Shown here piece after piece: positions 18,402-27,055 of a DNA stretch of 53,960 nt. The number at the start of each line of letters is the position of its first letter. The first letter of the stretch is position 1. The notes beneath the pieces were generated by a model that was not told where the DNA came from, did not search any database, and worked only from the letters and a program-made list of their open reading frames with translations. Origin of the DNA: a virus (taxonomy: Duplodnaviria; Caudoviricetes); IMG/VR virus record IMGVR_UViG_3300032214_001699, positions 1 to 53,960 of that record, one strand, 5' to 3'. Both the position numbers and the translations under genes were made by a program.

Positions 18402-19403
18402 TCACCAAAGATTTAGGGTTGATTTTACAATGCATAGAGAGACGCTATATGGATCGCAATTGCTTGCTGGCCTTCGATCTTCGACGTACCCTTTCCATTC
18501 GCGCCCCGTATCAATTGGTACTCGAATTGAGGAACCGCGATCTGATATTCCCCATGAGAATTTATCGATGGATTGTGTCTCGTGCCTTCCTGTCAACCTT
18601 GCTTCGTTTCCCTTACCATAATTCTGAATATGGTCCCAATGATGTTCGGAAAAGCATTTGAAGATGCTTTCAAAATGCTCTTGACCACCAACATCTCGCA
18701 TCTGAGATGTGCTAAAGTTTGTATGACAACCAGATCCGTTCCAGTCGCCACGGATTGGCTTTGGAGATATATCAATATCCAAACCTTCGCTCTCAGCCAT
18801 GAGATACAACATATATCTGCTAATCCAAAGATCATCGCAGGCTTTTAATGTATCTTTTGCAAAGCACTGATACTCCCACTGTCCTGGCGCCACTTCGGCA
18901 TTTATTCCGGTAAGCTGAATTCCCAAGGATAAACACAAATCTAGGTGCTTTTCAACAAGCCCCCTCGCTTTGATTTGATTGCCGCCAACCCCGCAGTAGT
19001 ATAGCCCCTGTGGGCGTGGATATCCGCCATCAGGAAATCCGACTGGTGTAAAGTTCTTTGTGATAAAGTATTCCTGCTCAAAGCCCCACCAAAAGCCAGA
19101 TGAGTCCATCTTATCCTGAAGTTCTCTCAGCTTGCTTCTAGTATTTGTTTGATGAGGAGTGCCATCGGGATTGAATACTTCGCAGAGAACTATTGTCTTA
19201 TTCTGATCAAATGGATATATCCTGACCGGCTTCAGAATGCAATCTGATTTTCTTCCTGTCGCCTGCTCAGTTGAAGAGCCGTCAAAATTCCACTCATTAG
19301 CAAATTTCAAAAAATGAGGCGCTTCATCAACAACCTTTATTTTGCTTCTCAAATTCTGTGTTTCGTACCCATCCAACCAAACATACTCTAACTTATGCGG
19401 CAT
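18402..19403 (-). CDS. glnII: Glutamine synthetase type II
   Basis: 333 aa; LEYVWLDG, WNFDGSST, GFEQEY, PQGLYYCGVG, GINAEVAPGQWEYQ, GDWNGSGCHTNFST, RLTGRHET, EDRRPASNCDPY. Confidence 0.95.
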   Translation of the reverse strand: MPHKLEYVWLDGYETQNLRSKIKVVDEAPHFLKFANEWNFDGSSTEQATGRKSDCILKPVRIYPFDQNKTIVLCEVFNPDGTPHQTNTRSKLRELQDKMDSSGFWWGFEQEYFITKNFTPVGFPDGGYPRPQGLYYCGVGGNQIKARGLVEKHLDLCLSLGIQLTGINAEVAPGQWEYQCFAKDTLKACDDLWISRYMLYLMAESEGLDIDISPKPIRGDWNGSGCHTNFSTSQMRDVGGQEHFESIFKCFSEHHWDHIQNYGKGNEARLTGRHETQSIDKFSWGISDRGSSIRVPIDTGREWKGYVEDRRPASNCDPYSVSLCIVKSTLNLW

Positions 19404-19405
19404 AA

Positions 19406-22400
19406 TTACTCCTTTATTCCGAAAATTTCTATTAGCTCTGATAGCGAAAGACTCTTTTGCCCAAGATACTCATCGACCTTGCATATTGCCTTAAATGGTA
19501 TTCCATCTTTAAACTTTGTGCCATACTTTTCGTAATCATCCATCCATAAAGTAATTTCGGATGTATCTCCAAAAAGATCCTCGATGAGGTATTTTGCAAA
19601 TTTTCTTCCTAAGTTTTTACCCTGTTTTACTTTAAATTCCTTAACCTTTGTTTTTATAATTGCCTCAACCCTAATCTTTGAGCCGGGCTTGTAAGAGTTC
19701 AGATCTTTAAGTTTGAAGGAAGCCGCCATGTTTCTAAAGAATCCAGAGAAAATCTCATGAGAATTTCCTGAAATAGTTCTTCCCAAGACCTCCCTTTCAT
19801 TGTAAAGCAATTCCTTTCTGTCCCACTCATCAATCGGTGGTGGAAAATCTTGCTCAACTAAACTCTTACCCTTTTTTATACCGTTTTTAAGCTTAACCCT
19901 AAAGTCATCATAGTTCTCAAAAATATCCTTTCTGGTTCTACCAAAAGAGTCCATTGCGCCGGATCTTACAAGCGATTGTATTGAGGACTTTCCAATGAAA
20001 GGTAGAATCTCAACTTTATTTTCTTTTGTAGCAGGCTTTCCGAGTTTTAGGAATTCATACGAGGTCAATTCATTGCCCTCGAAAGAAACCGTGATTCCTT
20101 TCATGATAAAGTCTGTAAAATTATTGAATGGTTGCTTCCTCATAATCTCAGAAATGGCTGCTGGACCAAGACCTTTGATCGCAGATAGCCCTGTTGCAAT
20201 AACCTTATCCTCAATGACCTTATAATTTTCTGCGCTCTTATTTACATCGGGAGGAACAATCTTAATGCCAAGTCTCTTACATTCATTTAGATATTCTTGA
20301 ACCTTATCGCTATTTGGATCTTCTCCATTGAGAAGTGCGCACATAAATTGTGATGGATAGTTGCACTTTAACCAAGCAGTTTGCACGGAAATAATGGAGT
20401 ATGAAATCGCATGAGAGTTTGATGTAAGTATGCCATTGGTCAGATAGTATTGATGATCTGGATGATCGACTTCCAAATCATAAGTATCAAACTCTCCAAT
20501 CTCAAAAAATGAAGTTATTGACGCAAAACGATGTTCAAGCCCATCGCTCTCATTTCTGCGCAAAACTATGGAAGCCTGCTCCTTCAGAATCTGGTGTAGC
20601 GGCAGCATTCTGCCGTCCGTCGTTCTGAATTTGTGGTTGATTGTGCATCCTACTGTTTCCCCGGAGTCAAGAGTTATTTTGAAAAGTTTCAGCTTTCCGT
20701 GGTAATGATTTCCCAGCACTTTCACTGGAATATCCTGCCCGGTGGCCTCATCTCTGGATAGGACCGTGCTTCCAATTTGTACGTCTTTTATTTCAACGTC
20801 TTTCCAAAAAACTTCGTTATTTTGAATAACCCTGATTAATTGGGAATAAACCAATGATCTGTTAAAACCATATCCACTGAAACTAGAGATTTCTTCGTCC
20901 CATATCTTCTGACCATCCTCATAAGACATGCCCCATTTTTCCATGCATCCCTTGATGAAGTTTGCCTCAGTTTTGAGAGCCAACTGAGGGTCCTTACCCT
21001 TCAACTTTGTCAGCTTTCTCAAGTTGTCTGCTTCGTTCAGATCCCATCCTGCACATTCTCGTGCAATACCCATCATGCTTTCCTCATAAAGAGAAATACC
21101 GTAAGTATCCTTTAGGACTGGCTCTAGAGATTGGTGTGTATAACGAACTCGGTCCTGTCCGAATCGTCTGCGAATATAGCTTTGACGTTGTTCTGATGGA
21201 CAGCTTGGGCGCCCAAGAGCGTTAATGGCTGCGACCGTATCAACATCGGTTGGTTTGATCTTCGCACAAAGAGGTGATAGGGAAGACTCAAGTTGGAATA
21301 CACCAATATTTTCACCGCGAGAAATCATCTTATAAGTTTCTGGATCATCAAGCCTAATATCGGAAATTTTAATATCCTTATTTTCTGTTGTCTCTCGGAT
21401 ATATTTTAGGCAGTCCTCAATGACGTTTAGCGTATTCAGTCCGAGAACGTCCATTTTTACAAGGCCATAGTCCTCTACCCTGGTTTTCTCCCACTGAGTA
21501 ACTGTGATAGATTCACCTGTCTTTTCATCCTCCTCAATTCTTAGTGGAATGATTTCGTAGAGAGGTTTATCACCAATAATTACACCGGCGGCATGAACAG
21601 ACCACTGGCGAGTTAGGTTCTGCAACTTAGAAGAATAATCTTTTACCTCAGGATATTGCTTCATAAACTTTGAGAATTCTTTGCTACCATCGATAGCCTC
21701 TTCAATTGTATCAACATCGGGCATAATTGAGGTAAGATGATTTGCAATTTCAAATGCAGACTTTTTATCGCCACCAATCTCAAGACTTCTGGCCACGTCC
21801 TTTAGAACAACCTTTGGAGACATTGTTGACCAGTTGCTGATTTGAGCAACATAATCTTTTCCATATTTGTCTTTTATATAAGTCTTTACACGATCTGGAT
21901 TTGAGAAGTCACAATCAATATCGGGGAAGGCTTTCTTCTCCCTGTTGTGAAATCGTTCGAAAAGAAGGTTATATTTAATTGGATCAACCGACGTGATTGA
22001 TATTAAGAATGCTACGAGAGATCCTGCAGCGCTCCCTCTTCCGCTTCCGACAGTTACTCCGTTTTGCTTTGCCCAACCTACATAATCAGAGACAATTAAC
22101 ATGTAAGAGGAGAAGTTTCTCAACTCAAGAATGGAGAGTTCGTACTTAACTCGGTTCCAATATTCCTTCTTCTTTTCTGGCGAGAAGGATTCCGTAAACT
22201 GCTCAAAGCCAAGTACGCACTTATATCGAAGATAAGCTTTGTCTATAGGAAGCTCTTCGCAGCTCTCCTCCCACCAGGTTCTAAACTCCGGATAATCTGG
22301 CTGATTCTTCACAGGGAATTGTGGAAGGATTGCTCCTTTTGACTTTAGATAGTGAGGCTCTTCGCAGGCGGAAGCAATCTTTAGAGAGTTGTTCATCGCC

Positions 22401-23200
22401 ATAATTCCGATTCGACTACCGAAGAAATCAACAATCTCAGAGTGAGATTTGAGATACATTTCCTGAACGCCATAGCGAAAGCGGTCTGGATCTGAAAGAG
22501 GCTTCTTGTCTTTAATTGCAAGCATCATATCATGATATTTTGCGTGCTCTTTATCTAGATAATGAGCATCGCATGTTGCAACAAAAGGAATATCGTGCTT
22601 TCTGGATAGATTTATAAGATTCTCGTTTAGCTTTACCTGATCTACTTTTCCATCATCTGTCTTCAGTGCATGAGGTTGGATTTCGAGAAAAAGACGATCC
22701 CGAAAAACAGAGTGAAGCCTTACAAGATTTGATTCTGCGGCATCCATATTGTCAGAAACAATATCTTTAGATAGAAGACCATTTGAACATGCTGTTAGAC
22801 AAAAAATGTCCGAATTGAATTTTTCGATATGTTCCCATGAAATTCTGGGTGTCATTTTACCCATGTAACCGGAAGCCTGATTGTTGTAAGCCTCATAGTT
22901 TAGACGAAGAATGTTTTTATAGCCATTCTCGTTTTTTGGAACAAGAACCATATGAGATGATTTTTTCTCAGATAGATCGGGCGCAAAATAAGCTTCCATG
23001 CCGGGAATCAATTTTACGCCTGTACGCTGAGAAGCACCATATGCGTCATGATGAGATCCTAGAACGCCATGGTCCGTGATTGCTATCGCCGGATGATCAA
23101 GCTCTTTTGCTCTATCAAAAAGATCATCGACTTTATTTAAAGCATCTAGCGTTGAAAACTCAGTGTGGTTATGAAGCGAAACAAATGGTCCGTTAGGCAT
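19406..23200 (-). CDS. dnaE: DNA polymerase III alpha subunit (family C) with mini-intein
   Basis: PHP domain LHNHTEFSTLD, AITDHG, TCDAHY; GSGRGSAAGSLV, FPDIDCDF, SVHAAGV, GLVKMDVLGL, YGFNR|intein|SHA; ends after the OB fold. Confidence 0.97.
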   Translation of the reverse strand: MPNGPFVSLHNHTEFSTLDALNKVDDLFDRAKELDHPAIAITDHGVLGSHHDAYGASQRTGVKLIPGMEAYFAPDLSEKKSSHMVLVPKNENGYKNILRLNYEAYNNQASGYMGKMTPRISWEHIEKFNSDIFCLTACSNGLLSKDIVSDNMDAAESNLVRLHSVFRDRLFLEIQPHALKTDDGKVDQVKLNENLINLSRKHDIPFVATCDAHYLDKEHAKYHDMMLAIKDKKPLSDPDRFRYGVQEMYLKSHSEIVDFFGSRIGIMAMNNSLKIASACEEPHYLKSKGAILPQFPVKNQPDYPEFRTWWEESCEELPIDKAYLRYKCVLGFEQFTESFSPEKKKEYWNRVKYELSILELRNFSSYMLIVSDYVGWAKQNGVTVGSGRGSAAGSLVAFLISITSVDPIKYNLLFERFHNREKKAFPDIDCDFSNPDRVKTYIKDKYGKDYVAQISNWSTMSPKVVLKDVARSLEIGGDKKSAFEIANHLTSIMPDVDTIEEAIDGSKEFSKFMKQYPEVKDYSSKLQNLTRQWSVHAAGVIIGDKPLYEIIPLRIEEDEKTGESITVTQWEKTRVEDYGLVKMDVLGLNTLNVIEDCLKYIRETTENKDIKISDIRLDDPETYKMISRGENIGVFQLESSLSPLCAKIKPTDVDTVAAINALGRPSCPSEQRQSYIRRRFGQDRVRYTHQSLEPVLKDTYGISLYEESMMGIARECAGWDLNEADNLRKLTKLKGKDPQLALKTEANFIKGCMEKWGMSYEDGQKIWDEEISSFSGYGFNRSLVYSQLIRVIQNNEVFWKDVEIKDVQIGSTVLSRDEATGQDIPVKVLGNHYHGKLKLFKITLDSGETVGCTINHKFRTTDGRMLPLHQILKEQASIVLRRNESDGLEHRFASITSFFEIGEFDTYDLEVDHPDHQYYLTNGILTSNSHAISYSIISVQTAWLKCNYPSQFMCALLNGEDPNSDKVQEYLNECKRLGIKIVPPDVNKSAENYKVIEDKVIATGLSAIKGLGPAAISEIMRKQPFNNFTDFIMKGITVSFEGNELTSYEFLKLGKPATKENKVEILPFIGKSSIQSLVRSGAMDSFGRTRKDIFENYDDFRVKLKNGIKKGKSLVEQDFPPPIDEWDRKELLYNEREVLGRTISGNSHEIFSGFFRNMAASFKLKDLNSYKPGSKIRVEAIIKTKVKEFKVKQGKNLGRKFAKYLIEDLFGDTSEITLWMDDYEKYGTKFKDGIPFKAICKVDEYLGQKSLSLSELIEIFGIKE
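20417..20857 (-). mobile_element. Mini-intein in DnaE (147 aa; Ser1, ends SN, Ser+1)
   Basis: Interrupts the conserved YGFN(K/R)|SH motif; starts SLVYSQLI; block B CTINHKF; ends TYDLEVDHPDHQYYLTNGILTSN. Confidence 0.92.
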
Positions 23201-23239
23201 TGATAAATCCTGTGCGTGTGCGTGCGTTCAAAATAATAT

Positions 23240-23268
23240 ATAAGCGGTAGTGTTCAACTACCGCTTAT
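23240..23268 (-). terminator. Hairpin, probable terminator
   Basis: 12-bp stem ATAAGCGGTAGT/ACTACCGCTTAT, followed by an AT-rich tract on the minus strand. Confidence 0.7.
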
Positions 23269-23295
23269 CTTGTTGTTACTTAATTTTCCTAGCTA

Positions 23296-23568
23296 TCACT
23301 TCGTCTCGACCAAATCCGCAATATGAGCATAGATTGATGCCGTAACTTCTGGGTCAATGTCAGACTTAACCATCTTAATTGCCTCCATAACTTCTTTCTT
23401 TGGAACATTGTGCTCATCAATAAAATCTGAAATAATCTTCTTCCTCTCATCCCGAAGATCTTTAATCTGAGAGTCTAGCTCTGACATCTGACGAACCATG
23501 GAGCGTACATTTTCCATAGTATAATTTCCGTTCTTAACCACTGGATTGCTAGCTGTCTGCTCACTCAT
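23296..23568 (-). CDS. Small coiled-coil DNA-binding protein (GapR/DUF2312 or T4 DsbA-like)
   Basis: Likely start MSEQTA; ELDSQIKDLRDERKKII...VPKKEVMEAIKM resembles that family; followed by a terminator. Confidence 0.5.
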   Translation of the reverse strand: MSEQTASNPVVKNGNYTMENVRSMVRQMSELDSQIKDLRDERKKIISDFIDEHNVPKKEVMEAIKMVKSDIDPEVTASIYAHIADLVETK

Positions 23569-24604
23569 CTTTAACTCCATTTATTATCTGTTTAAAATCT
23601 AATAGGAAATTCTGCCAATTCTCTCTTAGAGAATCATCTTCCGTTCTTGAGGACGGTATATATATTTTTGATTTTTGTAAGTCTATACTTATCCCGCTCT
23701 TTTGGGATGAAAGATTGTCAAGAGCATTCTGATAAAAAAGATTACTTAATGCATGATATTGTGAGAGTAAACTCTCTTCTTCTATAATTTCTTTTTTATC
23801 CCTCAGGATGATTGCTTTGTAGTACCTTCCTTCATGAAGGACATTTTTAAGCGAATATGAAAAAATTTCTGAAAAGTCAATTTCGTTTATTATTATTTTT
23901 TTAAAACAAACCCAAGTCGTTTCCCTTCCTAGATGCCTGATCGGTAAAACTATACCTTTTGAGACTTTGCCGTGAGATATAATTTTTTGAAAAGAAAAAG
24001 AAGCATTAGGATTCAGGGATATAATGTCCGTAAGACCATTTATCTTGTATTTTAACTTTTTGTGAGAAGTTAGTTCTTCTATAACTTCACTTCTTGAATC
24101 TTCGTAGAAACCAAAAATCTCATTTGGATGTTGATTTATAAACTCAATATACATCCTGTCTGTAGAATCATCAACTTTCAGCATCTTCAACTTAGAATCT
24201 AAAGCTTTATATAGTTTTAGGCCAGAATTTGCCAATATAAATCTTTTAAGAGCATCTTTTGTAGCTATGCATGATAGCCCTTTTTCTTCCATAAGTCCAT
24301 CAAATAGTCTTTTTCTATAATTTAATATAGAGTCAAAAACTTTAAAATCAGAATAATCGTTCTTTTTCAGATAAAGCTTGATAAAGTCTTTCTTTGAAGA
24401 CCTAAAAAGCCTTACTGCCGTCATGGCATCAGATACCGTGTTGATTTTTAAAGATTCGAAATCAATGCTTTGGAAGAACTTTTCAAGTTCAACAAGCCTG
24501 CCAACTGTAACTTCAGAAAGATTATTACTCTTTGTAAGAGACTCAACTCTTAGCTTAGAAACCTCAAACTCTGAATCTATATATTTCTTTACATCTTGGA
24601 TCAT
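23561..24604 (-). CDS. Hypothetical protein
   Basis: 347-aa ORF; no motif recognised. Confidence 0.75.
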   Translation of the reverse strand: MIQDVKKYIDSEFEVSKLRVESLTKSNNLSEVTVGRLVELEKFFQSIDFESLKINTVSDAMTAVRLFRSSKKDFIKLYLKKNDYSDFKVFDSILNYRKRLFDGLMEEKGLSCIATKDALKRFILANSGLKLYKALDSKLKMLKVDDSTDRMYIEFINQHPNEIFGFYEDSRSEVIEELTSHKKLKYKINGLTDIISLNPNASFSFQKIISHGKVSKGIVLPIRHLGRETTWVCFKKIIINEIDFSEIFSYSLKNVLHEGRYYKAIILRDKKEIIEEESLLSQYHALSNLFYQNALDNLSSQKSGISIDLQKSKIYIPSSRTEDDSLRENWQNFLLDFKQIINGVKDE

Positions 24605-24607
24605 AAA

Positions 24608-25384
24608 TTACTTTGATAGCAGCTCTCTAACTTTCTTATTTTTAGATAGGTTCTTCAGCCTTACATTTGCTGCCCAGCTAGACATACCGATTTTATCCGC
24701 AGCATCTTTTATGGAATAATCCTCAAGGCAGACAAGTTGAATTAGCTGCTTTGTTTTGTCATCCATATCTGAACATGCGTCTGCAAGCGCCCCACTCATT
24801 TCAACTAGGTCTTCTGGATTTGTTACTTGCGCAAACATAGAGCCATCTCTAGAAACCGAATCAACAAATGAGATTTTTCCCTCATCACCATGATCAATTC
24901 TCTCGTCCATTACCGAGAATGGGATTTCCGTTTTTGCATTCTTAAGTTTCTTGGTATAAAGCTTGTCGCAAGAAACGCAACGCCTCCGCTCCTCTCCAGA
25001 TTTTGTCTCAACCATAAAGATAGTGCTACCGCAATTGCAAGTATCTGGAAGCGATGCATTCTCAATGGAGGCCGAAGCATTGTTTGAAAGCTTGTTTTTG
25101 CTGCGGATCTTTGAAACAATTTTGTTATGAAGATGGATGTGCAAAAATGTGCTTAACTTTACATTTTTTGTTCCATCATAAGAACGAATTCCCTCTATGG
25201 CTAGGATTGCAAGCTCTTGCTTTAAATCCTCTGTAGTATACCCAGGAATGTAAATTGACCTAGACATCTTGTGAAGAAGTGGGTCAATTTTTCTCAGAAC
25301 GCTGTCTAGGCCAGTACCTGTAGAAGAATCAACGAAGATGTCTTCGTTATAAACCTTGGCTTGTCCAGCAAACATTTTTCCCAT
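24608..25384 (-). CDS. Sigma-70 family RNA polymerase sigma factor with inserted Zn ribbon
   Basis: Region 2 EDLKQELAILAIEGIRSYDGTKNVKLSTFLHIHLHNKI; insert CNCG...CVSC; region 4 LEDYSIKDAADKIGMS. Confidence 0.8.
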   Translation of the reverse strand: MGKMFAGQAKVYNEDIFVDSSTGTGLDSVLRKIDPLLHKMSRSIYIPGYTTEDLKQELAILAIEGIRSYDGTKNVKLSTFLHIHLHNKIVSKIRSKNKLSNNASASIENASLPDTCNCGSTIFMVETKSGEERRRCVSCDKLYTKKLKNAKTEIPFSVMDERIDHGDEGKISFVDSVSRDGSMFAQVTNPEDLVEMSGALADACSDMDDKTKQLIQLVCLEDYSIKDAADKIGMSSWAANVRLKNLSKNKKVRELLSK

Positions 25385-25396
25385 AAAGTCTCCATA

Positions 25397-26149
25397 TCAA
25401 TCTATCCAGTTGTTCATGCAGAGATCTTTGAAATCGCAAAAATTACAAAGTTGTGATGGCTTTTTGTCCCAAGATGAGTCTGTAGTGATTAAATTTCCAA
25501 ACTTGGCAATCTTATCTCTACAGTTTTGTATATCCTTATCTGAAATTTCCCAAGTTTTATAATCGCAGTTATGCTTCAATAGCATGTAACTTCCGGTTAT
25601 TTTTTCCGCATCAGAAAACTCTTCCCTGATGATTAGAGAATACACATAAAGCTGAAATGGTGTGAGGTATTTCGGATCTTTACTTGTCTTATAATCAACG
25701 ACGTGGTAATGTCCATCGCCGATTTTATCGATGCGGTCAATGAACCCTCTTATATTATAATCACCGATTTCCATAAGGAAAGGCTTTTCCACGAAAAGAA
25801 CATTTGGGAGATTATTTTTTTTTATTTGGTCCAAATAAGATTGGAGGGTTCGGCGCACTAAGTCGACATCTTTTTCGAGAATACTTTCGTCAAACTCCTT
25901 TAGTGCGAGCTCCATACATTTTCTCATTAAAGCAGGATATTCTGATTGTGGCAAAAATTGCTCCATTAAATATTTATGGAACTTTTCCAAAACCAAATGA
26001 ACGTATGAGCCAAATTCAAGATGATCCCACTTCTTCTTCTGGATATCTGGCTTCTCAATGTAGGTATACCAATACTTCTTTGGGCATTTTTCATAAGTGC
26101 CTATTGAAGATACTGAGAGTGCTAGTCTTTTTTTTATTTCTAATGACAT
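25397..26149 (-). CDS. PD-(D/E)XK exonuclease, RecB/AddB/Cas4-like, Fe-S staple
   Basis: LSVSSIGTYEKCP, FGSYVH, VEKPF, GFIDRID, VVDYKT, QLYVY, C-terminal CNFCDFKDLC. Confidence 0.9.
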   Translation of the reverse strand: MSLEIKKRLALSVSSIGTYEKCPKKYWYTYIEKPDIQKKKWDHLEFGSYVHLVLEKFHKYLMEQFLPQSEYPALMRKCMELALKEFDESILEKDVDLVRRTLQSYLDQIKKNNLPNVLFVEKPFLMEIGDYNIRGFIDRIDKIGDGHYHVVDYKTSKDPKYLTPFQLYVYSLIIREEFSDAEKITGSYMLLKHNCDYKTWEISDKDIQNCRDKIAKFGNLITTDSSWDKKPSQLCNFCDFKDLCMNNWID

Positions 26150-26150
26150 T

Positions 26151-27032
26151 TTAAAATATTTTACTCATAACGGGGTCCTCGATCCAAGGGAATACATAGT
26201 TGTTACGCAAATGGTTAGTTAAATCTAGAGTTTTTTGATTTATCGACTGTGTTGATTCGATCCATCTGCACTCGCGGCTGTCATGATAATAAAACACTAT
26301 TTTTCCTGTTTTTTGATTTATAAAATACCTGACCAAGTTTCCAAAGACAGGTGGCGAACTTTGGAGGTGCTCGTTATAAAAATTAGAACGAGTATTTATA
26401 GTGCCGAACGGTCTGTTGATGATTTTTACTACCTGAGATTTGACAGCTTCTTCGGTAGAGCCATCTATTAAGATTAGACCTGCATTTGGATCAAATTCAA
26501 GGTTGTTATTTACGGAGCTTGTTTTGGATTGATATGGCTCCTCAAAAGATGCCAACTCCAAGGTGAAATTGATAAAATCAACTGCTGTTTTTCCACTGTC
26601 AAATTTCTTATAAACGTCTCTTGATGATGGTTTATATTCAAGATCTATAAAAGGAATACTTGTTTGTTGTGCTTCCTCATTGTCTTGATTATAGGATAAA
26701 AACTCTACTGGAGTGGAGTCCGGAGGAAGAATTGATATTCCGTCATTCTCAGCAAACCGTTTAGTAAATGTAGTCGGAGTCTGAGAATACACTTGTTCGA
26801 AAACATCAGTGTACTCTAAGCCAGATATCGCAATTGCTTTTAGCGTAAATTCAAGAAAATTATTCGGAAGATATAGAACTCCACCCTCCACCATTTCAGA
26901 TGATCCGGTTGGCTCTGTTCCATCCAATGTGTAAAAAACTGAAGCCGGAATATTTACCGAGAAAGTTAAATACTCGGGTATTCCTGAAACAATCTGTCTA
27001 GTGCTTTCTTTTACTGTTAATAATATTGTCAT
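26151..27032 (-). CDS. Probable virion protein with an FN3-associated/chitobiase-C-like N-terminal domain
   Basis: VFYTLDGTEPT...TLKAIAI motif typical of that Ig-like domain. Confidence 0.6.
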   Translation of the reverse strand: MTILLTVKESTRQIVSGIPEYLTFSVNIPASVFYTLDGTEPTGSSEMVEGGVLYLPNNFLEFTLKAIAISGLEYTDVFEQVYSQTPTTFTKRFAENDGISILPPDSTPVEFLSYNQDNEEAQQTSIPFIDLEYKPSSRDVYKKFDSGKTAVDFINFTLELASFEEPYQSKTSSVNNNLEFDPNAGLILIDGSTEEAVKSQVVKIINRPFGTINTRSNFYNEHLQSSPPVFGNLVRYFINQKTGKIVFYYHDSRECRWIESTQSINQKTLDLTNHLRNNYVFPWIEDPVMSKIF

Positions 27033-27055
27033 ATTTTATCATTCTTAATTAGTAA

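Noticed and set aside
23211-23227. Short GTGC/GCAC microrepeat upstream of dnaE (similar run at about 14225 in groEL)
   Set aside because: Too short, with no consistent spacing or context; compatible with chance.
25397-26149. CRISPR-Cas system suggested by the Cas4-like nuclease
   Set aside because: No repeat-spacer array or other cas gene was seen; stand-alone Cas4/RecB-like nucleases are common in phage replication modules.
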